From Octopus bimaculoides (Eukaryota), in NCBI RefSeq assembly GCF_001194135.2, contig NC_068987.1:17914669-17961661 (forward strand): DNA of 46,993 nucleotides, read 5' to 3'. The notes beneath the pieces were generated by a model. The model did not search any database. It was not told the DNA's origin and worked only from the letters and a program-made list of their open reading frames with translations. The stretch's first letter is position 1. Each line of letters starts with the position of its first letter. Position numbers and translations under genes: made by a program. Positions 36,471 to 46,993 of the stretch are shown here, one piece after another.

Positions 36471-37456
36471 CTGATATGAAAAGAGCTAAGGTTTGAGAGA
36501 GGGTTCGCCTTTCACTGGTCAGGTATTTATATCATAGTGTTCTGTAGCTGCTTTCGTTTTCTCAACATGGTTAGAAAAACTCTTTCAGCGCATGCGCTTG
36601 CATACATCATCCACATTCGTAATAGCTCCTTTCTGTAATAGCAATGGAGTGTAAATGTTTATTCGAAATAATTCGTATTATAGATCCATATTCAGAAAAA
36701 AAGTGACAGAATCAGTTGAATGACAGACAAAATACCTTCTGGTATTGATTAACGGGTGTTATGGTTTTGAACTCAAATCTCACGAAGCCAAATCTGCCTT
36801 TATAGTGAAACTAAACTCCATTCAGTTTTAGTTGCCAGAGACTTGTACACATATTTCGACTGAGATTTACTTTGATTCTATATCAAAATTACAAGAATTA
36901 AGTTTAATCCATTGGATATACTCGCTGATCTTTAGCCTGTGAAGTTCATGGCATCAGTAATGTCAGCATCACTGCAGCTGAATGCATATAGGTAGCTTTT
37001 TGAGTGAAAATCTGTGTCACAAAACCTGGGTATAAGAGCCAACAGCCGAGTCCACTTATCTGCAGGTAGGCACTGTAGGTGGCATAGTTTTTCAGTTGTT
37101 AACATACTGAGACGTGTTCAATCCCTCGGCCAAGGAAATGTGTCAGACCAGAATATAATCCAGGAAAATATTTGTTCCTCATTTGCTTAACGCCATAACA
37201 ACTGTATTTTAGCAGCGAACGAATGTGCTTTTGCAATTCAGTATAGATTAGCTTCATATACGTCATACGTACATGCATATAAATACATATACATATATAT
37301 ATATATATATATANNNNNNNNNNNNNNNNNNNNNNNNNNNNNNNNNNNNNNNNNNNNNNNNNNNNNNNNNNNNNNNNNNNNNNNNNNNNNNNNNNNNNNN
37401 NNNNNNNNNNNNNNNNNNNNNNNNNNNNNNNNNNNNNNNNNNNNNTATATACATGC

Positions 37457-37458
<2 letters not shown>

Positions 37459-37527
<69 letters not shown>
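37459..37527. repeat. (GATA)n microsatellite
   Basis: Direct reading. Confidence 0.95.
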
Positions 37528-37678
37528 GAGAGTGATCATGGATCATATTTATTTTTATTATGTATGCTAATTACGTAATATGTAAATGATGCTGTTATTT
37601 TACATTGAAACAGCTGTGAGAAACAAACTGTGTATCACATAAAATTTACTCTTTTCTTTAGCTATTCTAAATATGTAC

Positions 37679-37717
<39 letters not shown>

Positions 37718-38169
37718 TATACATTCAAATTTGTATGTGCGTACATATGTGTGTACATATGTTTGTGTGTGCTTATCAACTGCGTAGGAAATTATGTAGA
37801 AATGGCAATTATGCAACAGAAATATTACATTACACTGTTGACAACCAACTTGTTTAAATATTCGTAACTGCAGTAGCAAACTGATTTAATGCAGTCAAAA
37901 ATAAAGGAAAGGGATTATTTGGACTGAAAACTCTATTACCATAAAAACAGATTGTGCAATAAAGCACAATAATGTACTCTTCTCTTAATATTTGCTAAGA
38001 AACAACACCATGTATGCTTGTGTAAATATTCTCTGAAAGTCTTATCCCATAATCGATAGATAAGCTACATATATATGAACCAATAAAGTGACTAACCAGC
38101 AATATACGTCGTAATGTAAAGAAGTGCGGAATCTCAACGGTTCGAATTACGATTAAAATCAAGCAAACT

Positions 38170-38960
38170 TCTTCCAAATTTCACTTGGAATATTTTAAGA
38201 GAATTGCATCATGGAGGTAATAGACACCCATTTGACTGATATATGAGGAGCTGTTCTCAATAATGGCTATCTTGATGAAGAGAAAGCGAAGAAGCCGTAC
38301 ATTACAAATACGTTCCTGCCATGAGTGTCAAAAGCGAACGATTTTATTCCATGATACTGAACACGTTACCAGAACGCTACAGGGGCGTTACAAATGTTTT
38401 GTGATATGAATGAAAAGAAATACTATGCTTGAAGTTATTTGTATATGAAGGAAAAATTGCAATTACAAAAATACTCCCATGGAAAGCGTTAACAAAAATC
38501 TCTTAATGTGATATGGCCTTGTGAAGAAGTAAAAGTACCTTGTCCTTAAAATAGTATTCACGAAATTCATCTCGCGATTCTTCAAATTTAATGCATTTTT
38601 CGAAAGCTATCAGTTTATATTGCGTTTTATCTTTCATTTACTTTTTATGGCCTAGTCGCATGATGAAGTGCGGGTTCTATGATTATTCTGAGAGAGCCTC
38701 CAAGATTGGTTTGAAGCAAGTAACCCTCTATTAAGAGATCGTTCCTAAATACTTAAAACAGAAAGAGTGCCGTTAAAGATACACAGGAGCAAGCTTGCGG
38801 TGTTAAACCGGACGATACATTAAATCTACCATTCTAAGACTTCTATAACCTGAACCCATTAGGGAACTACATATGGCCACATCAGTTATATTGCTGCTAT
38901 TCTTATTTCAGTTATCACGAGTGAAAAAGAAGGCCATAATCCCAACTTAATTCAAGATTC
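38170..38960 (+). mobile_element. Possible decayed Ty3/Gypsy-like integrase
   Basis: ILRELHHGG...W...IRSCHECQKR (HHCC zinc finger), then PMESV...KYLVL...FTKF, LNRTI and W...L...SY..S.HE...P in integrase order, with many stops and frameshifts. Confidence 0.4.
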
Positions 38961-40586
38961 TCACCGAGGAGTAACAGATTTTAACTAAATTTCCCGATCA
39001 GCATATTTTCTCTTTATATCACAGACATTTCCACTGTCCAACGTATGACCTATAATAGGTGAAGCTGTGATAAACATCTTTCAGAAAGATGCAAACTCCT
39101 AGCAAAGGCATTCTTTATAAAAGTCAAATCCTCTTATTTTTAAGTCTACTATAGATCATTCTTATTTGGTTCACTTCCACCGTCGTAACATGTGATGCCT
39201 TTCAGATTTTGTTGATTGTTCATTAAATTCGATACAGAGTACCCAATAGATTTTAGATTATTTTCTCTGCTAGATGTCTTTATGAAAATACCAAATGAAG
39301 TAAAACACGTACCATAATAGCTGCAGAAAGATTACTCGTTAAGATATACTTGTTAATTTTAAACGGGACTTAGCTACTAACGGTCTATATCCCTACATTA
39401 AAAGCAACATTAATGAAATGGAAGATAAATGTAACAATGTTAAAAGAAAAACAAAGACAGTCGTTTACAAGAGACTTTCTAATGTCTTGCTACTAAATTG
39501 AACAGGAGAAAAGGAATGAGAAAATTAATTACTATGATAACAAAATGAATAAATAATAATGTTCTCCTGCTACTTCAAGATCCCACAATCACGCAAGCAG
39601 AATACTGTTGATATCACATTTGTATTATTCAAAGAATTTGGTTTATAATATCCTCGTTGGGAAATTTCCCTTTGTAATACAAATTACCTCTCGAAGATAT
39701 ATTTAACCGATTTCGAGAGATTCTACGCACTGGATACATGACTCATTATATGCACTAATTATATACATTATATACACGCGTTTACGACTAATTATATGCA
39801 TTGTTATACGTCGAATTATTGAGACAGCCTCTAAGTGCTCACTCAAATTGCTAGATGAAGCAGAAAACAAAAAAATATTTTCAGAAAGCCTTCTAGTTTT
39901 TAAGATCACGATCGTTATGTAATCTTCCTAATGAATCCTTAAGTAAACAGATGTATAACTAGGAATCTACTTACAGTGCTACTTCGAAAAATATAATCTC
40001 AATCTCTGAAAAATTCTATCCTTTATTTCTCATTTACCCAAAGTACAAATCATTTTGGATTGCTTTGTAAAGAAATAGCTTAACAAGAAGTGACGAAATG
40101 ATTTATTATTTCGTAAGTTGTGTTCAATATAAATATACACCCCATAATTAAATACGTAGCTCATAAAGTCTTATACGCAAATGAGAAGAGACCGTTTCTG
40201 ATACTTCCGGTTATACAAGTGCAAATACTAACTGGACACATATATATTCATGCGTTTACACCCTACCCCATATATATATATATATATGTATAAATACTTA
40301 TGTGTGTTTGTGTGTGTGTGTATCTGGCCAATACATATTCAAATTGAGAATACAATCAAATATATGTATATATAATTTTACTATATAATTCCAAGGCTGG
40401 GCGATCACAATATATATACAGAAAATTACATCTGATAAAATAAATTAAATTAAAATCACGCGCAGGTGATATGGTTAAAAGATTTACAATACTCTCCGAA
40501 TGAAGTAAAATTAAATAGAGTAAGGCGATTTAAAACTGTTCTCGAATGAAATAAAAATAAACCTGTTCGAATGAAATAAAAATATA

Positions 40587-40616
40587 ATGGAGGGAGCTAT
40601 CTTACGATCGTTTCAG
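40587..40616 (+). CDS. Candidate first coding exon (MEGAILRSFQ)
   Basis: aatATGG start context, phase-0 donor CAG|gtaata; compatible with the exon at 43461. Confidence 0.25.
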
Positions 40617-41139
40617 GTAATACACAATGTTACATCTTTTTTCCGACTTTGGTGGCCGCATTTCCTTCACCAGAGATAAAACTTTTAAAGTTTAGGTTTT
40701 TTAAAAATTTAACTTTTTTTGAAAGAGTTTTTCCACAACAACTGTATGATCTTATAAAAAAAGCCGAAAGAGTTGTAAATGAGTATAAAGGAACAAATAA
40801 GAATGAAAATTCCAAGCGGTCCGGTGTGTATAACATAAATTTCCATGTCTTATGATTACTAGAATTACAAGATTATATCTATACCTACACTAAACTATAT
40901 GCCTGAATAAGGATGAGTGGAGATCAATATAGGAGAACTCAGCATTTAATTTATTTTATCTGATGTAATTTTCTGTATATAGATTGTGATTGCCCAACCT
41001 CGGGGTTATATAATAAAAATATATATGTATATATTTGATTGTATTCCCAATTTGAATATGTATTGGCCGAACTAGAAGGATGATAAACTAAACTGTTTTC
41101 TCTCCCTCCTTGAACTTTGATATTTGCTCAGTATATTGA

Positions 41140-41760
41140 GCCCTTCCGTGTTGTTTCTTGGAATCCACAAATCTGAACTTGTAATCTGGATAGAGTAACT
41201 GCAGATGCCTCAATAGTTTAGTATAGGTGTTCTCTTTTCACTGATTTTCAGTTTTATGTTAACATCAGCAGTTAATTTCCACAACTGTGCACATTTTCTC
41301 TTCTCTGTCCCAAATCATCATATCAGGTCTGTTGTGCTTACATTTTATTGAGGTCTTTCACCAGTATTCCTTTTTATTATGAGTGACTATGGCTTCTACC
41401 ATATTGTGTGTTCTTATTTCTTAGTCCTGAGGATTATCCTTCCGATGGATTTCATTATAGAGTGTCCTAGCTACGTCATGTCTCATCGGTAGATAATACA
41501 GTGATGACATTTGGAGTTCTGTCGTCCAAATTTTCTTAATTCGGCTGTAATATTCTTTAGTGATACGTGTTTTATTACAGGTGCCATTGTAAGATATACT
41601 TTCATCCACCCCTAGACACCTGCAACATTCCTCGTCAGATACAGGGAAAGCGGTCAAATCATTGGTGGAGATGTTACTAGTCTGGTCTATAATTTTCCTC
41701 CATTTCACAACCATATTACAACATTTATCCTGACCAAACTCCAACCTACACCTTTTGAGA
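41140..41760 (-). mobile_element. Internally deleted R4/Dong-clade non-LTR retrotransposon (RT tail, RHD knuckle region and restriction-like endonuclease)
   Basis: MEFGQDKC...C.CLGVDE...KEYYSRIKKIWTTEL, then YYLPMRHDVARTLYNE, then KHNRPDMMIWDREEKMCTVVEI (PD..D/E-type RLE motif), then LRHLQLLYPDYKFRFV. Confidence 0.88.
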
Positions 41761-43000
41761 ATGTTGTAACTAGGTTAAGGCTCTTTTGTATGTATGTATG
41801 TATGTATGTATGCATGTATGTATGTATGTATGTATGTATGTATGTATGCATGTATGCATGTATGCATGTGTGTGTGTGTATGTGCGCGTGCGTGCATGTG
41901 TCTATATTACTCATATATGTTCGTGCTATTGTTGTAATATTGTGTGAATTCATTTTGTAAAGAATTCCTGGTAGAATATCGAATGTTGACCAAGCATTTC
42001 CATGGACAGTTCTGATTCTCATAGCCAGACATAAATATTTATAATTGTTTAGATTAAACCAACACACAGTCAAAGGTTAATAATAAAGTTATATCAGGTT
42101 GCCTGACCTCATACATACACACACAAACACACACACACACACACANNNNNNNNNNNNNNNNNNNNNNNNNNNNNNNNNNNNNNNNNNNNNNNNNNNNNNN
42201 NNNNNNNNNNNNNNNNNNNNNNNNNNNNNNNNNNNNNNNNNNNNNNNNNNNNNNNNNNNNNNNNNNNNNNNNNNNNNNNNNNNNNNNNNNNNNNNNNNNN
42301 NNNNNNNNNNNNNNNNNNNNNNNNNNNNNNNNNNNNNNNNNNNNNNNNNNNNNNNNNNNNNNNNNNNNNNNNNNNNNNNNNNNNNNNNNNNNNNNNNNNN
42401 NNNNNNNNNNNNNNNNNNNNNNNNNNNNNNNNNNNNNNNNNNNNNNNNNNNNNNNNNNNNNNNNNNNNNNNNNNNNATATGTATATTGATATGTATTGAT
42501 ATATACGCTTGCATGCATGTGAGCGCGTATTTATTGTCGTCTATTGATAGTTTATGAATATTATATAGTCTCACTCAGTTAGACGCTTGCGTGATTCTAT
42601 TAACCAGATAATGAAAACGTCCTCAGTTTCAGCACACGGATGGTAAATGAAGGTATGGATGAATGAATGAGTAAATAAATAAATGAATTATAAATGAATG
42701 AATGAATGAATGAATGAATGAATGAACTTATAGATGCCGTAATAAATGACTGTATTCACCTGATATACGTGTCAACATATTAAAACCTAATGTCAGTAAA
42801 CATAGAAATGTAAGACTTCATGCATCTACAATACTAAACCCATATCTGTCTACCTCTCCTTCTCTCTATCTCTATCTCTTCATATATGCGTGTGTTTGTG
42901 TATGTACGCATGTATACATACATATATATGTATGTATACATACGTACATTCATGTATATATACATACACACATGTGTGTCTGTGTGTATGCATGTATTTG

Positions 43001-43201
43001 TCTTTTTTACTCTTTTTATTTGTTTCAGTCATTTGACTGCGGTCATGCTGGAGCACCGCCTTTAGTCGAACAAATCGACCCCAGCACTTATTCTTTGTAA
43101 GCCTAGTACTTATTCTATCGGTCTCATTTACCGAACCGCTAAGTTACAGAGACGTATACACACCAACATCGGTTGTCAAGGGGGACAAACACAGACACAC
43201 A

Positions 43202-43238
<37 letters not shown>

Positions 43239-43400
43239 GACGAGCTCTTTCAGTTTCCATCTACCAAATCCACTCACAAAGCTTTTGTTAGCCCAAGGCT
43301 ATAGTAGAAGACACTTGCTCAAGGTGCCACGCAATGGGACTGAACCCGGAACCATGTGGTTGGTAAGCAAGCTACTTACCACATACCCACTCCTGTACCT
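43001..43400 (-). mobile_element. Composite SINE, family A, near full length
   Basis: Near reverse complement of the 32635-33805 copy, with internal (TA)n. Confidence 0.9.
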
Positions 43401-43460
43401 TGAAGTTTTACAAGAAGAAATGCAACAGTGAAGTTTCGGCTTCTTCTCTACACTACATAG

Positions 43461-43568
43461 GTTGAGACTGCGGAGAGTTTGTTGTTAGTATGGAATCATT
43501 TGAAACAGAAAGCAAATCATCAGAACAGTAGCAATATAGGACATGGCTATTTTGAAGATGCCAGTGAG
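43461..43568 (+). CDS. Probable 108-nt internal coding exon (phase 0-0), product unknown
   Basis: Acceptor ggcttcttctctacactacatag|, donor GAG|gtaacg. Only one frame is open: VETAESLLLVWNHLKQKANHQNSSNIGHGYFEDASE. Confidence 0.5.
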
Positions 43569-44396
43569 GTAACGGTGCCGTGTCCAGCATTGATTTTACG
43601 CGTGTCGAGCATTGATTTTATGCGTGATTCTACGAGGAATCTTTTTCAGGCCGAAGGTTCCAAAGCAATGGTGTTTTAAGCCACCTCGATCTCACGTGTG
43701 ATTTTAGCACTTTTAGATTAGGTTTTCAGTTATATTTTCTCATCAATATGAAGTTGGTGAAAGTGTATTCAGTAATCGTATGTACTGTCATGGCGCAGCA
43801 TATTGAACATACAGTGATGTACATCTTCCTAACCATATAATTTATTGGTGCATAATACGAAGTAAGTTAACTGATATTAGGTAAAAAACAAAAAACATCC
43901 ACGTCTTCACTCTGCAAGAAATCAATGAATGAATAAGCATTTTACAATGAAAATGTGACAAGATTTGCAAGAATACTTGTTATTTTCTTGAAATATGAAT
44001 GGCAATTGTACGAAATCCTATTAACAAAGACAGAAATATACATAAAGAAAACAACGATTTTTCATGAATTCCTACGCATGAACTCCCAGGCGTTTATGTC
44101 AGGATTTTTTAAGTGGATTTAGTATATTTTGTGAATCTCATTCCCCTAAGAGATTATTTATAACATAACAGTGCTAAGAAAATATGAGCATTTTATGGTT
44201 ACCTATATGAGATTCTATTGGCGATAGAAGTAATGATCAGTTAACTCAGTGAGTCGGAATATTCGATACTGTATCGATAATAATGCATGGTACTAGCAAA
44301 AATGTTATTGGTATGTTTCAATAAGTCGTTATTTCTGTATTGTAGACTGTTACATAAAAATTACATATTTATTATATCATTCATCTTTTGTATTTG

Positions 44397-44429
44397 CCTA
44401 CCTACCTACCTACCTACCTACCTACCCAC

Positions 44430-44473
<44 letters not shown>

Positions 44474-44490
44474 TCATCTATCTATCTACC
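44397..44490. repeat. (CCTA)n/(TCTA)n microsatellite
   Basis: Direct reading. Confidence 0.95.
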
Positions 44491-44988
44491 TGTATATATA
44501 TTCAGATGTTTCTCNNNNNNNNNNNNNNNNNNNNNNNNNNNNNNNNNNNNNNNNNNNNNNNNNNNNNNNNNNNNNNNNNNNNNNNNNNNNNNNNNNNNNN
44601 NNNNNNNNNNNNNNNNNNNNNNNNNNNNNNNNNNNNNNNNNNNNNNNNNNNNNNNNNNNNNNNNNNNNNNNNNNNNNNNNNNNNNNNNNNNNNNNNNNNN
44701 NNNNNNNNNNNNNNNNNNNNNNNNNNNNNNNNNNNNNNNNNNNNNNNNNNNNNNNNNNNNNNNNNNNNNNNNNNNNNNNNNNNNNNNNNNNNNNNNNNNN
44801 NNNNNNNNNNNNNNNNNNNNNNNNNNNNNNNNNNNNNNNNNNNNNNNNNNNNNNNNNNNNNNNNNNNNNNNNNNNNNNNNNNNNNNNNNNNNNNNNNNNN
44901 NNNNNNNNNNNNNNNNNNNNNNNNNNNNNNNNNNNNNNNNTATATATATATATATATATATATATGCATATATGTATAAATAAAAAGG

Positions 44989-45095
44989 TTTTTTTTACAG
45001 AATGAAAAACCAAGGCTGTGAAGATTTTAGAACATTTATAAATGTTTCAAAATCTTCACAGCCTTGATTTTTTATCTCATTCTGTAAAAAAAAAA
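44989..45095. repeat. ~105-bp near-perfect loop-less palindrome
   Basis: Centre AACATTTA|TAAATGTT at 45038/45039; arms ACAGAATGAAAAACCAAGGCTGTGAAGATTTT / AAAATCTTCACAGCCTTGATTTTT(TATC)TCATTCTGT. Confidence 0.9.
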
Positions 45096-45590
45096 TTATA
45101 TATACACATGCTGATATATTACCTACATTGGACTCCTTATTCACATAATCACGGAACCTGGAGCTAAACTGGCACTTACTCAGCATTACCTGGTGTCATA
45201 TTGACACCATTACCTCTCATAACCTTTATACATGTATGTATATATATATTCGTGCATATATGTATATGTATGTATGAATATGTATGTGTATATATATATA
45301 TATATGTATATGTATATACATATATACACATACATATGCAGATGAAGGAACAACACACAGGTGTATTAGTTTGACGCTCGGGAAGAATAGAAAAGTCTTT
45401 GACGTTTCAAGCCTATGCTCTTCAAAAGAAAGGGAAGAGAATAAAAAAAACTGGTGAGAGAAAAAAAAGAACGCAGAGAGAAAAATGTGTTGGGATAAAC
45501 GGTTTGGCATATATAGGCATGTGTGTGGGAATGCTTTGAGTATACGTATGTGCTATAATAAATATTCTTCTTTGATTGGATGTGGATCAG

Positions 45591-45641
45591 ATGCAGTCCT
45601 TTTATCGGCGCCAGTACATTCGTCTTCACAACACAAGCTGA
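45591..45641 (+). CDS. Candidate exon: terminal MQSFYRRQYIRLHNTS*, or an internal exon to the donor at 45643 in another frame
   Basis: Moderate acceptor ttcttctttgattggatgtggatcag|; donor ATG|gtaatt; ATTAAA near 45726. Confidence 0.22.
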   Translation: MQSFYRRQYIRLHNTS

Positions 45642-46144
45642 TGGTAATTAGTCTAACCTCTTTTGCCTCTCCTTCTTATTTCTTTCTCGCCGTGTTAATC
45701 TTATCCTTTCTCACCTATAGCCATTAATTAAAAGAAATGATTTAATCTACCATTGATGGTTGATTGTTTTATGAGCTACACACTTTTAAAATCTGACTTA
45801 AATATTGCCATGTCTTCATTGTCTTGCTCTTTACTGAAATGAGACGATCAATCCACATTCAACTTCTTGATGTTTTTGACTCCGTGCCCAATTTTACATT
45901 CTAATTCACCTACCCAAAGAAAGCGGTTTATTTTTTTTCATGAAGTAATCGTGTTATTCATAAATATGAAACATTTCTGAAACAGCTGTAGTGAAACTTA
46001 ACCCATTTGTATTCTTTACTTATGTAAGCAGCATACTTGGAATTTTCTCTATGTTAGATCTGGAACTTACATTGGATCGTGAAACTGCACGCCGATGTAC
46101 ATGAGTATATAATTTCATGTACATGTGCATTGACACGTATGGTG

Positions 46145-46319
46145 GTGTGTGGGTGGCTTAGTGGAAAGGGTATTTGGCTGACAGTGACATGGTAGTGAGT
46201 TCGATTCCTGGCGGTGCATTGCATCCTTGAGCAAGACACTTTATTTCACGTTGCTCCAGTCCACTCAGCTGGCAATAATGAGCTGTACCTGTAATTCAAA
46301 GGGTCGGCCTTGTCATCCT
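46145..46319 (+). mobile_element. 5' part of a tRNA-derived SINE, family C/D
   Basis: GTGGCTTAGTGG (A box), GAGTTCGATTCC (B box), then TTTATTTCACGTTGCTCCAGTCCACTCAGCTGGC, the reverse complement of part of 33905-34283. Confidence 0.85.
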
Positions 46320-46559
46320 TATATATTCTCATCCTTCTTCATACTATGACGAAATTATTATCTCCCTTGTAATACCTGGGACCGATAGTGAAACCAGGTG
46401 TCTTTAAAATATAAATACATAAATTGTTGCAAGATCAGGCGAGCTGCTATAATGTCTTTTCCCAGGATAAACTCAACAAATAAAGTTAATCAGAATAACG
46501 CATCGGATCGTAGAAACTTCTAAGACCATATTTACTGTTATTTTCAAGTATACACGTTA

Positions 46560-46880
46560 TTGATTACCAGAGAGTACATTAATATGTTATTAGATCTTCA
46601 GAGATTCTGCGGTTCAACATAACAATCTAGTGGTCTGATAATTCTAACAAAGCCAAAATAATGCCCCGGGCATTAGGCTTCCTCTTGAAAACCAAAGTGT
46701 ACTTCAGCTTCACAAAATATTTGAATCTCTAGAAAATTCAAGTGGGGCTCTCAACGGAATGTTACTCACCCATCTCGGACAGCTGCCCTGCTACGCAAAT
46801 AAACGTCTTGGAGTCCATCCAAATGAAATCCAATGAGCTGATTAACAAAGACTCACCTATTTATTCCAACTTTTGCCGAC
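46560..46880 (+). mobile_element. Decayed CR1/L2-group LINE ORF2 C-terminal fragment
   Basis: NKAKIMPRALGFLLKTKVYFSFTKYLNL*KIQVGLSTECYSPI...INVLESIQMKSNELI fits A+.LG.L.R.+.YF...LL.LYK.Q+RP.+EY.S....L..L+.IQ.KA..LI. Confidence 0.7.
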
Positions 46881-46947
46881 AGATACCCAGGTCTAACAAT
46901 ACTCCTGTTGGCGAGCAGTGGCGGTCAATCAGACACACATACACACT

Positions 46948-46957
<10 letters not shown>

Positions 46958-46993
<36 letters not shown>
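46958..46993. repeat. (TA)n microsatellite
   Basis: Direct reading. Confidence 0.95.

Larger units (their letters stand above)
2764..44940. other. Assembly gaps (N runs) at 2764-2983, 4245-4726, 5427-6373, 9759-9968, 10759-11058, 13583-13592, 14387-14464, 15449-15645, 24983-24997, 27962-28002, 31691-31937, 32818-33522, 34640-34649, 37314-37445, 42146-42476, 44515-44940
   Basis: N runs, most flanked by (TA)n or (CA)n, typical of short-read scaffolding. Confidence 0.97.

Noticed and set aside
32448-40585. Short local tandem duplications (12-bp unit at about 32448-32472; ~24-bp unit at about 40533-40585)
   Set aside because: Two copies only, consistent with ordinary replication slippage.
18327-41638. 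Hammerhead-like CTGACGAG cores at 18327-18334 (-), 33980-33987 (+) and 41631-41638 (-)
   Set aside because: No stem II closed before a GAAA and no matching stems I/III; two lie inside a SINE or a retrotransposon coding relic.
1748-45510. Long ORFs in the track rich in YI, CV, HT, SIYL or X
   Set aside because: They are translations of microsatellites and N gaps, not genes.
25690-46210. tRNA genes at A/B-box-containing segments (about 25690-25758, 32635-32705, 34215-34283, 46145-46210)
   Set aside because: These are SINE heads running into SINE bodies, with no complete cloverleaf or acceptor stem and no poly-T terminator.

Overview
AT-rich eukaryotic draft-assembly DNA with 16 N-gaps and very dense microsatellites. 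The tRNA-derived SINE families and LINE fragments match repeats I recall from coleoid cephalopod (Octopus) genomes; this taxon call is from memory, not a database result. No complete, recognisable protein-coding gene, true tRNA/rRNA gene or CRISPR array is present. The window is mainly a transposon graveyard: about 18 SINE copies from 3-4 families, three R4/Dong-type non-LTR fragments, three CR1/L2 fragments, a decayed mariner transposase, weaker Gypsy-integrase, RTE and L1-like relics, and several fold-back palindromes. A few exon-like segments have good splice signals; the best is a 108-nt phase-0 exon at 43461-43568, and none has a product I can name. The most unusual structure is at 19235-20300: five same-orientation SINE copies of different age and subfamily, each separated by a locus-specific ~18-bp direct repeat (consensus AATTCTGAACTTATAATT) that changes stepwise along the array. 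This looks like repeated insertion into one target site. Coordinates of decayed elements are approximate.
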